Below are positions 25,871 to 39,525 of a stretch of 64,000 bases of DNA, piece after piece. Origin of the DNA: Sphagnum compactum (Eukaryota); contig OZ234493.1 of NCBI GenBank assembly GCA_965153455.1, forward strand, positions 22,682,213-22,746,212, read 5' to 3'. A model generated the notes under the pieces. That model was not told the origin of the DNA, ran no database searches, and saw only the letters and a list, made by a program, of their open reading frames with translations. How positions within the stretch are numbered: position 1 is the first letter of the stretch; each line of letters begins with the position of its first letter. Both the position numbers and the translations under genes were made by a program.

Positions 25871-28800
25871 GCCCATGAGGAAGGAGGCTTATTTAGAGCA
25901 CAAGCCCCACTTTTAAAGATTGCATACTATTATAAGGCAATCTTAAATATACAAAGCTAACCACACAAGACTAAACATATCAAAAAGAAAAAGATAAGAA
26001 ACCTTCTAAAGGTCCCTAGCTAAGGCATTATGCCAAAGCAAAACTTTAATTTCACTATAGACTTGGGTGTCATGATCATTATTCTATTGGGTTCAACATT
26101 ATCTAGACATTTTAAATACCAAAATATAACAAATTTCACCCTTTGTCCTTAATCATGTAGGACTTGAGACACGTAATGTCGCACAAAAATTCTTAAAAAA
26201 TGACTTTAATGGATTGATTACCCTCTTCACAAGAAACCCAATCCACTTCGCAAGCTATGTACAATGAAGTTTCAAGTGATATTTCATTTTGTGATGAAAA
26301 GCTTGTTGTGTCTTCACATGTTTTTAAGATGCACCACAATGCTTTTGGCTGGTTGGTTGGCTTGGTGACTTGACGAAGTATGTATTTTATGTTGCATTGG
26401 CTTTTATTTGCCTTGTAAAGACATTCTAATACCAAGTATAATTATTATTTTCAATTGTTTTCCCCTATTGCTTAGTTCCCACAATCTACCTATGTCACAA
26501 ACAAGATACAAAACAAAAACAAAAACAAATGTTTAGAAAAAACCTTCTTAATTCAACCCTTTAATGGATTAGTTACCCAAGGGCCTCAACAGAGTGGCCT
26601 TTAAAGGAAAACATAGTCCACTTTTGTGGCCTTTTTTTTTTGGCATGTATTTGAAGGACCACAATCGCTACAACGACTAAGATGCCATAGGCTCCATGGC
26701 AGCTACTCTATCTGCTTACTAGAAACCTTAATTAAAGCTTTCACTTATTTTTTTGTTTGCTAACTTAGAGCCTAGCCATGTGAGGTTCGTCATTGAATGT
26801 TGTGTCAAGTTCTTCATTAAAGTCATTTCCCCTTTCAAATTGATGTATGAGCAATTGAGTGCAAACATGATTAAAGGAGCCATTCAAAAGGGTGGAATGT
26901 TTTTAAAAAATTGTATTTTTATATCTTTGAAGCAACAAAATGGGAACAAAATATCAAGAATGTTAATTTGTTTTGTGAAAAGGGTTTCATTACTAGTAAC
27001 GTTTCAACCACAAAAAAATCAGGCAAATCCATGATGTTTCTAAAATCCTTTTTTAACATTGAAAGGATAGAATATTGGAGTGGACTTTATTTTTAGAGTT
27101 CTGAACATCCTTTTTGATTATTAAATGTGCACCATTCATTCCGAAATTTGGACATCATATTCACGTTGATGGTTAAATGAACAAAAGGAGTTGAAATTGG
27201 TAAATTTTTACACATATCAATTCATTTGGTTCAAACATGCTTTTGGCCCTTTAAATTACAAATTGTGATTATGTATCTTAACAAAAACTAATTCATTTTT
27301 ATGTGGCAAAGAACACGAATAAATTTTATGGAGAATACAATGGTGATAAAAATGTTTTTTTTCATTTATTTTCAATGTGATTTTCTAAAGAATGTGAAAA
27401 TTAAGTTCAATTCCCATAATTTGTAGACTTCAAAATGTGGTTGTTTTTGGTTCCTTTGATTGCGTTTGCACTTGTTTGGGACTCTTTTTGACAATTACTA
27501 CTACGACTTTTCAATTGGACATAACTTTTGGGTTCACCTACTTTGTTTTAGCAATGTGAACCTATTATGTTGTGGTCATTTTGACATTTTTTCCAATGAA
27601 TAAAAGATCACTTGCTATTTTCTAAAGCCCTCAAATCACATTGCACATAACCTTTGAATCACATAGTTTTAGAGCTTTCAATATTATAAAATAATTCCAA
27701 TCGAAAATAACAATCCTCATGATTTGTTTAGTCAACTTGATGTGGCATTCCATTGTAGCCCAACAAGTTCAAATGTATGTTGCCTAAACACACCATTTGA
27801 CTTCTATTGCTAGCTTGAATTACACGCCATCATTCCCATTCGACTTGTCATATCACTAGGACTTGCTTACATAAAGAAAGAAGTGTGCCCAATAGTCCTA
27901 ATGTACTAAAACTCAATATTGGGTAAAACTAATGTTTTTCAAAGTTTCATACTTTTCTTTGCATTGTATTTCATTCCATATGTTTAAGTTGTAACTTGAT
28001 AAAGAAAACAATAATGACATCCTCCAAATAACCTAATAATATCTAGTTTTGAATACATGTTCATTGCAAAGGTGAACTCACATCCATTATTTGACATTCC
28101 CTTGATTGATTGTAGTTAAATCAAATTGGATTCCATCATATTTATCAAGTTCTCACTCATATTTCCTCCACCTTCAACATGCTTCATTTAATCTCTAACT
28201 CTTCATTTTTGATTAATTCCTTCATTAGAATCGATTTACCTTCTAATGCGATATGGTACATAAACCTTTGCCCAATGAAATGCCTGGTGATCACCAAAGA
28301 TATTACATATTTGTGCTTTAGAATTGAGGAACAATGATTACACATACATATATGTCTCAAATGATTGGCACAAATCATTCCATGTCTCATAGGCATATGG
28401 TTTCTTTTTTAAAGACATTGTATAATTTTCCCATTCATGTCATCTTAATAAGGTTGAGACTATATACGATATACTTAATATCATTTTGATCTTAAATATA
28501 GTTTAATAATGCTTGGTGTTTCAAAATGACAAAAAAATAATGATACTTTCAAGTTTGATGATTAAGAACCTATGAAGTTAAATATTTGTAACAATGTTCT
28601 TTTGGGAAGTTACCTATATTTTTCAATTTCAGCCTAACGTGTTTTTCAATGAAATCTATCACCCCCCAATCTAGTTGAGTTGTTCTTTGGATATTGTCAT
28701 TTATGAATGTGAATAATGTGTGAAATCATTCCAAGTAATTCCAAATGAGTGTGAGATGTGTGACAAATAAAAGGCCCATTCTTCCTTCTCATTGCTTCCC

Positions 28801-31800
28801 TATTTGCCACCTACCATTGATCCCATCAATCATTACTTATCATTTTATTGGAGCTAGCAATGGGGAATCCTTCCCTCTCCACAAAGGTGTCAATGACCAT
28901 CTTTATATCTTGGTCACAATGAAGGGTGCATTTACTAGCATATGATTCAAAATTATTTGTATTTTTCATAGTTAAAATGGTAGCATTAGATGTCAATTGA
29001 ATTTGCGAACAAGTTTATTTCCAAAGAAGAGTCAAATGTCTTAAAACGAACCCATTATGTTCCTTATTGTTCAATAATAATTTTTTGAGTATTTTGAACT
29101 TTAGTTTTTTCAATACTCCATAACTTCATTACTCAAACATAAGAAGAATTTGCTTATGAATCACGAAATCAAGTTATGGTCAAAGTTCTTATATCTAACA
29201 TATTATTGAAATGGGAAGCTTGTTTATGGCCTCCTATAATGCTAAGATAGAATACCCATTTTATTTGCATGTTTGGGAACACCATGTGAGGGACATAATA
29301 ATTCAATATCATTGTCTAGTGCTCACTTCTTGTTGTCCATGACCACTTTTGCATTTTGTTTCTTTTGGGGACCCCATCCTCCCTTCATCCTTGAAACTTC
29401 CAGAACACGAAGCTGGTTACAAACACAAATGGTAAAATTGAATGGAGCTTTATGAACATTAAATGGGAACAATGAAAGGAACCAAATATATTCTATTTGG
29501 CTTACTTTGAACATCATATGGGAAATTTATTGGATGTGTAATGGTTCTTTGGTGGGAATGTTATGAATTATTAGCTTTGGTATTTATAAGGGGTTTCATT
29601 GAAAACTTAGGCAACATGGATGAAATCACTTTTGATTTTGGATTTTTTTGTTAAGGCACCATTGAAGAAGACAAATATATGGCAAGTTTTGTCCTTTTAT
29701 TTTGTTATGTTCTATCCTTGGCCTACCCATTTATTAATATGTAGAGAAAATTGGTAAATTTCAGCATCCAACATCATGATAAATTTCCATTTCGATTTAC
29801 AAAATGGGTAGTTACAAAGATGGTGATATTATCATCGGTACATTTTGGGCTTGTTGCAATATGTCATTTGGACATGGGATCACCAACCAACACAAGTTTG
29901 TGAACAAATGACCTAAAAGGAACAAATTTGTTGTGCATATGCAAATGAAAAAAATGAAGGAGAGAGTGAAGTTAACCTAACCAAAGGATTTGGTCTATTA
30001 GGAATAGGTTAAAAACTAGATAGGGTGATATGGTTGTGGAGGAAACCCAATGTCAGTTATCAAACTCAAAAGCAAAGAAACCCAAGGTTGGAAGAGGAAG
30101 CAACAATCCAACTACAAAGGATGAAGGAAACCTAGCCAGCCAAAGTTTTGTACAGTGTCCTACTTTCCAAAGTGCACCTTTTGCAACACATGAAGAGTGA
30201 TTCCAACAGGTGCAAAAAAATTGACAATTGTCATGAGGTCAGAACACTTTCTTTCTCAAGCCCAAAATATGAATGATTAAATTTGTCCTGGTGCTAGCTA
30301 GCTATTGGGTTTATTTATTCCATCTTTTCCTTTTGGAGTGTCAACAAGGAATCATGATGCATCCAAAAAGGCCTGAGAGGGAAAGAGAATTGCTGTCTTC
30401 TTCATTTAGTGGCATTCAAATAGGTACTACTCTCTCTCTCTCTCTCTCTCTCTAGACTTTTATACCAAATCTGGACTCTAGTTATTCATTCATGTTCATG
30501 GGTATGTACTGAAATTGGGATCCAGGAAAGTAATAGTACTAATAAGTAGCACTGAAAGAAACAGGATATGGGTTTTCTTTCTTACAGCAATAAGGCCTTG
30601 GACTAGTAGTGTATCTTCTCTTTCAACGAGCTAATGTCAAACTCTGATACATGATAATATGTATGTCTATACACATGTATTTTACATTGAAATAGATGGA
30701 AATCACACAGTTTTCCTCGCACATCTATATCATGAGCCAAGGCCTTCTTCTCGTGTATGTTTAAACCCATAGTAAACCCCATGTCATGTTGTGATTTTTG
30801 AAACTAATTACTAAAGTTTGATGAGTTTTGGTGTTCATGAAAATCAATCAATCAATGGTGGAACAAGGCTACTCACCAATTAAAACAACCCATTTGATGC
30901 ATGACATTAAATAGGTATTGTTTTGAACTCTTTTTTTTTTAGTCTTTTTTTTTTCCTCCTTTCTTGTTGTTGTGAGGTTGAGGTCTGAAGGTCAGAAGGG
31001 GACACTGAAAACAGGGGTGTGGTGAGGTGGTGGTCGGATAAAACCGTGGTTAATTTTCATGTCCTCCTTCACAAAAATGTTACCTGAATTATGATTTGAA
31101 CGTATGGGGGCTGGCATTGACAGTTGTTGGTTCGGTGGCAGTTTTATGACACATTTGACGTTTCCAACAAATTGTTACTTCAACTTGGGTCGAAGACAAG
31201 CCTGCAGAGTCATTTTACAAAGTGTATAACTTCAAGTCCTTAGCAACCGTGATGGGAATTTCATGAGTGTTTCACACCCTAGGCTTTTGTATAATGGCAC
31301 TTCTGAAGAAATCCATTCTTAGTCTAGACTTTGTGGCTAATACACTTATACTAGGTTAATACACCAAAATGGATAATCATCCAAAATAGTAAATTTTTTT
31401 TCTGAAATGCTTTAAAAGATTTTTTAAAAATGGAAAGTGTGTTGGGTATATTATTATTACATGTATACAACACATGACTAATTCGTGAATAGGCATAAAA
31501 AAATGAAAATGATAAAGAGATAAGAACTCACAATCTACATCTACATTTGCATACATCCAAAAGGGTATGAAAAACAATTTCATAAGTGAATTTTGTAAAA
31601 TCACTTTGCAAAGAAATGATTTCACTTTGGTCAAATTAGTTAAAAGGACCCAATAAAATGTTTTTTTTTAAAAAAAAAAAAGGAAAAAAACAAGCTTTCC
31701 ATAATGGGCCTCTCAATGACTCCTCCCTCCTTTTTTTGTTCTCATCAATTCCCAAGCAACTACTGACCCATCAATTCCCAAAGCAACTGAGTATGAAAGT

Positions 31801-32439
31801 TTGAAGAGAGGCAAAATAATGAAGTTAGTTTGCAATCAATCAGATAGGACCTCCAAAAATTCAGACTCCAGAGTTGACTCTGGAGTATACTTGGGTTACT
31901 TGAATGCCCTCAGAAGCAAAGCTCTGGAGTCATGGGTTGGTTACCAGGGATAGTTAAGTCTCACCAGGAATTGCCAGTTCACTAAGAGAGATTGAGTGGG
32001 CTAGGTTGAACCAGCACCTACAAAAGACATTTTTATGTTTTGGAAGTCTTATTACAAAATGTGGGTGCAGTTCATCAGTCCTTGTTCACTAGATGCTTCC
32101 TCACTAGGTCCTGTTCATTATGACCAATGAATACACTCAAAATCCAGTGAAATCATTTGATGTATAACGACATTGTTGTAGTTCCAAACACACACACATA
32201 CATTTTCACACATTTTTAAAAGTGTTTTAAAGCTCGTCATTGAGGGGTCGAGGAAGAATTGCACACTATAATGTGCCCTCTGATTATACTACAAAAATTC
32301 TAAGTAAGAGGGTTCTATGTTGTTTGTAAGCAAATTGCACAAGAAAGCAATGAAGGGTTTTTAGTTTTGACTAGTGTCGGTTGGTTATTAATTTTTAATA
32401 GAAATAACCAAGAGTCATGTTTTTAGTTTTTAGATTTTT

Positions 32440-32836
32440 ATTTAATTTTCTCATGTTGCACCAAAAAGTGATGAAATCAGTCACAAAAGGATTTAGCCAA
32501 ATCTGGTTACATGAAAAATAAAGAAGTAGAAAATCTAGGATAATCTGGCTACAAGACAAATAGAGAAATAAAAAAATTCTAGTAATCCTATTACATGTTG
32601 ACGAACCACTAGAAGAACCTATTAAGTTAACTAGGGCAATTTCAAAAGAAAGGAAGCTGGAAATCTGCCCAAATCCTTCACAAAAATCTTGAACTTTTCA
32701 TAACTTTCTTCCTCCAAATGTGGTGGTGATTTTTTTGAAATTTTTTTTCGAAAAATTCCCCTGACTATGTTGCTTGGGACTCTATTTTCATATAGCAAAA
32801 TGTTGAATTTTGGCCAGAAAAAATAAAATCCACTGA
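32440..32836. mobile_element. Member of a dispersed non-autonomous repeat family (core CACAAGAGGATTTAGCCAAATTTGGCTAC, often ending CACTG)
   Basis: The same core recurs at ~41000-41040 (reverse), ~51310-51340 and ~52475-52505. The copies at 32.8 kb and 51.5 kb end in A-rich..CACTG, as does 40006-40180. Confidence 0.65.
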
Positions 32837-33391
32837 ACAAAAAGTAGGTTATTTTTAAATTTTTTGGAGCACACAGGGTATCAATATTTTTGAAAAATTA
32901 AAAAAAATTAGATGCTTTTTTTCACCCAATTTCACTATCAAAGTAATACCATATATATTATTATCAATGTATGGGCAGGTATACAGAACCCTAATCGACG
33001 GTTTTCAAAAAATCAAAGAACTAGTCAAAGACCCGGGAGTGACATTTCTTTTATTGTTTTTTATAAGGAAACCCTAGAACTGGGTGATCTTTGATTTTGA
33101 TTGTTTTTGGATGATTTTCAGATGGTTTTGGGATGATTTTCAGATGATTTTTGGATGATTCTCTTTAGGATGCTACCTACTACCAACAAGGTGTGTAGGT
33201 TTTCTAATTGGTTTCAAGCAAATTGAAGAACTGGCAGATAAGTTAATTGATACCTTGAGTGATACCCGGATCGCTAATCGACTATTTGAAGAGGCGACTT
33301 ATGGCGTCTGCAAAAGGAAGAAAAAGAAAAGCTTGAACTCCGGTTAAACCCCGAGACTTAATTTTAGGTTGCTTTAAAAACTTTATATATA

Positions 33392-33741
33392 CTAGTGTAG
33401 CCTGTGCCATTGGCCCAAGTGTGAACACATTCTTTATTTTTCACATTTTTCAGAATTGAAAATTTCTAAATTCAGCAAATGTGAACACATTGAGGGCTCA
33501 ACAGATTTTGCAAACCTTTCCAAACCCAAATTTTGCAAATTGGTTTGAATTTCCAGCAACAAAATCCCACTCCAAAAATCAATATCTTCCACACCTTAGC
33601 TCTGAAATCAAGTCGGTGCACCCTTACGCACGCATCGAGAGCTTTCCAAAAATACCAAGAGCTCGACATCAAGCGTCATGGTTTGAGAGATCTCAGCCCG
33701 ACAAACAAAACAAAACAAAACAAACTACCTTGCTTCATAGA
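33392..33741 (-). mobile_element. Non-autonomous Helitron-like element (~350 bp)
   Basis: Minus strand begins TCTATG and ends ...TGGGCCAATGGCACA-GGCTACACTAG|T. That gives a 5' TC, a subterminal GC-rich hairpin ~11 nt from the end, a 3' CTAG and no TSD. Confidence 0.6.
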
Positions 33742-36724
33742 AGCTGAGCTTGGCAATCCCAGGTGAGAGAGAGACTTAACTATCTATCCCTGGCATCATC
33801 ATCATGTGTGGTAACCAACCCATCCATCAATTTAATGTTTTGGTTGCCGCTGGCTGCTGAGGAGGAGGGGCCTTCCTTTCCTTCAGTGGGTCCCCATGGT
33901 CAACTCTGGAGTCTTAATGAAACTCATGGGAGAGTCTGTGTGTCTGTCTATCCATCTGATTGCCCAACTATTTAGACTTATTAGTTTGCCTCTCTTCAAA
34001 TCTCATGCCTGCTGGCTTGCTTGCTTGCTTGCTGCACCTCTTGGAAGACTTAGGAGTGTCTGACAGTTGCTTGGGGGAAGTGATGAAAGGGCCAAAAAAA
34101 CAGCAAAAAAAAAGCATGGGACAGCCTGCAAAATTGCTTTGGGAAATGATGAAGGAAAACAGAACTTGACAGCTCTCTCTCTCTCTTCTGCACAAAGTTA
34201 ATGATGTACAAATTTGACAAATTTGCACTCAGAAATTAGGGTTAGTTGATAGGTACTTACTTACTAGGTGTGTCATCCCATTGCTTACAGTGCAAGATGA
34301 GGAAACTATGTACCTATTTTAGGTCCCATTTGTGACAACTTCCCCCTCCCCCCCTCCCCCCCCCCCCCCTCCCCCATCTTGTTAGTCAACCTTTTACCCT
34401 CATGGTCAATATTCCAATGGATAAAAAAAAAGTTGTAGATCAAACTATGGTTCTCATGGGTGTGCTGGTGAAAGTGTGCTTATAAAAGAAGTGTGGATGA
34501 TCTTAGTGATGGTTCTCATCGGCTGGGTTGTTTGATGGGAATTAGGGTTTGATAGATTGGCATTGTGGACATCTACCATTTTGGAAGAATGTATAGGTTC
34601 TTGTGTGGAATTGGACTTGAAAAACTAGCCTGTAGAAAATCATGACGGCGACAAAAATAAAAAAGAAGACCACAACAAGCAACCTATTCATATAAAGTCT
34701 TTATATGAAAACCTTCAAATTTCATTGTATAGAAACATCCATCCCACGCAAAGCAATCTTGTGAATCACCAACCTTCTTTTTTTCCCTCTTTCCCAATGC
34801 CCCCATGCGTACCACCCCCACCACAACATTTCCAACATAATAGAAAATAAAAATAAATCAAGATCGATGATTGGCAAACAATGACAACAAGAATTTTGTT
34901 GGCAACAAGATTGGGTGTAGAAAATTTGTGAGGAAAGGAAACTCAAGGCACATGTGAGACTCCTTGGTGCATTGTGAACTTTCTAAAAGATGGACATTGG
35001 ATATGGTGACGGACTTGAAGCCTGACAATAGTCGATAGTTTACATCTTGTAGTTTTAGGGTGATAACTTATAACCATTGATAATGGTAGCAATCTATGAA
35101 TTTTGAAGGTGTGTAATGAAAGGTTCTTAATTTATCAACATTGACTAATGCAAAAGATAGGGAGTGTGTTAGTGTGCCATATCATCTTGTCATTTCAACA
35201 AGGATCATTATATATGAACAATTGCAATTTATCATCACTTTATCAATCTTGTTACCCCCCGTGTGTCAATAGTCCATTACATATATTCTATACGTTTTGT
35301 AAGTTAATTTAAATATTAGGGCTAGGTTGACTTGCAAAAGAACATTAACTTCATGAAATGCTCTATTATGTTGCCATAGGTTATTTGAAGCTAATTCAAA
35401 CAATGTTTTGCTTGGCTTGCAAACGTAGACAATCTCTTAAATTTGTTGAAGATTATGCAAAGCACTAATGATTTGAATGCTTTATGAATTCATAATAGAA
35501 CATTTCTAATAGATCAATGTAACATTTGGATATATTTGAAAATAATCTAATGAATATAAAATTATATTAAAAAATGTTTAAAAAACATTATAACAAATGC
35601 TTTAAAACATAATTTTAACAAAAATTTAACATTATTTGACTAATCCTTGAGTTACCATGTTAGCTCGTCAAAATTTAAATGGACTCCCAAAAGGACTCAA
35701 AGGGGTGCATCATGTGTTCATTGTTGCTTTTGTGTGTGCATTGCATTCATCAAGGCTTTTTGCCATGTTCAGCTTTGTGTTGAAAAATTTGGATAGATGG
35801 GTCAACAAGAAAAAATAGTTCCCATAGTCTATGATGACCCAAATATTTTTGCATACATGTAAAGGGGCTTACATCTGAATTTGGCTATATATGTACATAA
35901 AGTGCCTATTCTTTTGGAAATTGGAGTGCGACATTGATCCACAAGTTCCATCAATTTTTGATTCATGGATCTACTACTATTTGTTGGACATGGGTGTTGG
36001 ATCATGAGATGCCTTTTTGATACAATTTGGGTGAAGAGGAGGAGGAGAATGTAAAATACAAGCATGATGAAAGTGTTTTGCACCCAAAAAAGGAGCTCCA
36101 TATTCCTCAAGTTGTGCAATGCTGTAGCAATTTAGGGCGGAGGAGTCCATATCTTGGGCTAGAACATAACTCATCATGTAACCTATCCCGTAAGAAATAG
36201 TTCAGGTAGGTAGGTAGGACAATAGATGGCTTTCTAAGTAAGTGGATGCATGTAGATGCTTAGTAATTTGTACATAGGTAAATGCTAGTGGGTTGTTCAC
36301 ATGTATGTAGGATGTGGTAATTGAAACCTAATGGAAAAGTGTTTCGTGTCCACCCACATTCATCCCTCATCCTGCAGTGATGGCCTTCACCTTGTGTATG
36401 GCATAACTAACACAAGACGAAGATGATGACCTCACCTTGTGTATTTATGTTGTGGGTGCAGAATATTGTTTTTTGGTTGGATTAATGTCAAATTTATGAT
36501 ATACATATACAATTGAAATGGATGAAATCACAAAGTTTATTTTGTCCTTGTGTTGAGAGCCAAAAGCCTAATCCCATTGGAAAGCTATATTTCATATATT
36601 GTAGTGCTATACAAAGAAATTGGTTTTAAAGAGTATCCCCACTCATACCATCAGGTATCTAGGCTTACATTAATATCTCTCACATCCATATTACTACTTG
36701 TTTTTATGTCCTATGTCGTTCCAA

Positions 36725-36838
36725 TATGTAGTAAACTTGTTTTACATCCAAAACATGCTCTTCCACTATGTAGTAAACTTGTTTTACATCTCTTCCACTA
36801 CGTAGCAAACTTGTTTTACATCCAAAACATGCTCTCCA
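36725..36838. repeat. Tandem repeat x3 (42/32-bp periods)
   Basis: TA(T/C)GTAG(T/C)AAACTTGTTTTACATC at 36725, 36767, 36799. The middle unit lacks CAAAACATGC. Confidence 0.9.
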
Positions 36839-38003
36839 ATACGCGTGTGGGGATGCTCTAACTGAGCACGAATTTTGGCCATGAAAACAAGAGGCACGGA
36901 TTTGGTCCAAGCGGTTGTCTTACTTACTTACACTTGAATCTTTTTGCATATACTCTGTCCAGTGAACGAAGCCTTTGGACATCACCATATTATTTTATTT
37001 TGTGTCAGCTATAAATATGTGTGTGCAAAGAGTCAGTGTTTGTCCAATTGTAGATGCCGTGCTCATACTTTCTCAAAATCATCATTTCTCAAAAGGACTC
37101 TCTCTCTCATCCTCATTAGCTATTCACCGAGTGTAGTAAAAGTGAAAAAACAAGAGCTCGGTATATCCATCCAAAATGGTAATAATAATGATGATGATGG
37201 AGATAGCTACTTGGGTACCCCATCCGTCACCTGAAAATCCCCCTCCCCCCCCAACACCCCCTTCCGCCCATCATCCCATGTGCAAGTTCAAACCCAACCC
37301 ACGTGGAGTCCGGATGGACACATTTGAAGAAGCGGTAGTACTCTTTTGGGTACTTGAAAAGATTATTATTACACAACATTGAGCATCAAATGTTTGGAAT
37401 TCATCATTCTTCGTGACGCCCTGAAGTTGACCCAAGAAATGAGCAAAACTTGTCCAAAAGCCAACCGTAGGTTCCATAAGGTTATGATTGATATAGCATG
37501 AAAAGAATTATTTTGCATATGAAGAACATGTTTGTCAAGAACCGTTTTCAAGTTTGACCACAATGCTTTTAACTTGGGGGTGGGGCAAGGGGATGACAGA
37601 AACACCACAGGTCTGGCAATGTGTCCATTGTGCAAGCAAGGAGTCAAGCATGGGCTGCCCCGGCATAAAGAAGCAGTAGGATTTTTCCTATTACAAACGG
37701 ATGGCTGCAAGTCATTTGAGAGTCGTCGAGGCAGAATCTTTACTGAGGGTAAAGTAAGATGCCCTCCACCATATATGCTACAATTCACTCCACATTAACT
37801 ATACAAGTTTTTTATTGGTTAAATTGTAGAGACCATAGACCCTAGGTGTAGTAGTAGTTCACTACAATGTAAAAACCTCTCTTTTTATTTTTCTTTGTAT
37901 TTTGAGGGATCTCCTCCAGAGGAAGATCCCTAGGGAGTTATGCGGTGGAGGAGATCCTGCTATATTTCTACATTCCCATGTTCCCATGGAAAGATTTTTT
38001 GAT

Positions 38004-38119
38004 GGGACAGATCAGGAAAATTCAAAAACACAAGGAGGAAAGGGACAGATCAGGAAAATTCAAAAAAACAAGGAGGAAAGGGACAGATCAGGAAAATTCA
38101 AAAAACACAAGAAGGAAAG
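38004..38119. repeat. 38-bp tandem repeat x3
   Basis: GGGACAGATCAGGAAAATTCAAAAA(C/A)ACAAGGAGGAAA at 38004, 38042, 38080. Confidence 0.92.
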
Positions 38120-38150
38120 AATGGAGGAAAGAAAAAGAAGAGAATTTTTT

Positions 38151-38268
38151 TGTATGCGGAGGTTCATATACTTGTGTATTCTCTCCATTGGTCAGGAACG
38201 CCCTGGGGCTATCGCACACATGCGACCCTCCCTCAGGAGAACCCACTCGCATGGGAACCTCTCCTACA
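38151..38268 (-). other. 118-nt TGTA...TACA fold-back element homologous to 21976-22095
   Basis: Arms TGTA/TACA, GGAGGTTC/GAACCTCT, TTCTC/GAGAA, TCGCA/TGCGA. Its reverse complement aligns without gaps to the first 48 nt of the 21976 element. Confidence 0.55.
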
Positions 38269-39405
38269 ACTTGACCCCTCTCTCGCTCCCTCCCTCCCTC
38301 CTTCCTTCCTTCCCTTTCCAATTGCACCAGTCATAGCTATTAGTGACTCAGAGAGGCCTTGAAATGCACAACTATGACAATTATGGAGAAGGTTGTTGGG
38401 TGGAGAGGGGGGGGGGGGGGGTGTGTGTGAAGGAGAGGAGGGGAGGGGTGAGGGGAGCCAGTTGTGGGAGGAAGAACTAAACACTAATTAAGAAGTACAA
38501 GAGGCCAGAGGCCAGACTGGCTAGACCTGGCTGGCATCCCCCCTCTGTTCTCCTAGTCCAGCTGCATACCTCCAAACAGAGGAAAGGGAGGGAGGGGGGG
38601 AGAGGTGGGGGGGGGGTTTGCTAATGCATGCAAATCATGGATGGAGGGCATGCAATAGATCCAAGATGGGGCCCCCAGTTGAGCCTTTTGCCCCATTTAA
38701 TGATATGTTAAGTACTTCTTGCTCCCAGTTGTTGTTTTACCCCCTTACACAAAAAGGAGTTTTTTTTATTAATTTATTGGCCTTGCCTACTACCAAGGCA
38801 AGGATGATATAACATGTGTTTAGATTTGTTGTAGAGTATAGTAGCTTAAGGGATTTTTATAGGCCCCTAGGTCATAATAATAGGTCTATTTATTTTTTAT
38901 ATGAGGATTTTTGAAAGATGATCTTTTTGGCTTGTGTTGAAACTTGAGATTAGTTATTATTATAGAGTTTTAATATATCTCGAAGGATTTTGGTTTCTTT
39001 TAGAGGATTTTTTTTTTTTTTGAAGATTAATAATATTTTTTTTGCATGGTGAAATATAATTGAGTTTCCATATTCTTCTTCTTCTTTTGCCTTCTTAAGA
39101 TACTTTTTTTTCAATGTAAAATGGCAAGGCCACACCCCCTTGTTTTATACCCTTTGTGCCCATTTACAGGTAATTTTGTAAATGCACAATTATTCCACTT
39201 TCTTTTAGCAATCACTAATTCTGCAGTTGGGAAGGCAGAAAGAGCAGTTAAACTCCTTTCTGCCATGGAATTTGCCCTTTTTTTTTTATGGGTGCATCCT
39301 GCCCACCTACTTCATCCCCCCACACCCCTAGGGCTCAACCCTATTTGCACACCTAGTGCATCCCTAGGGCTAGGACGAGGGTCACATTTTGCTAAAAAAT
39401 GATGG

Positions 39406-39441
<36 letters not shown>

Positions 39442-39486
39442 ACACAACATTGAAACCTACTCTTTATTATTAAGAGGTAGAATGGG

Positions 39487-39525
39487 TTTTAGGGTAAAAC
39501 CCTAAACCCTAAACCCTAAACCTTA
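39487..39525. repeat. Short interstitial plant telomeric repeats (telo-box cluster)
   Basis: TTTTAGGGT-AAAA-CCCTAAACCCTAAACCCTAAACCTTAA. Confidence 0.8.

Noticed and set aside
26500..30050. Decayed coding-like AT-rich block, possibly a DNA transposon
   Set aside because: No diagnostic motif or convincing TIR/TSD could be identified, so it is left unclassified.
34168..34195. miR156/529 target-like CTCTCTCTCTTCTG
   Set aside because: Explained by a CT microsatellite. No SBP-box gene here and the flanks mismatch.
38151..38268. 5S rRNA or SRP RNA identity (about 120 nt with paired ends)
   Set aside because: Conserved 5S and SRP internal motifs are not present.
37902..38336. 144-aa Lys/Arg/Glu-rich ORF and overlapping ORFs
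   Set aside because: Produced by purine-rich 38-bp repeats lacking stops; no protein homology recognised.
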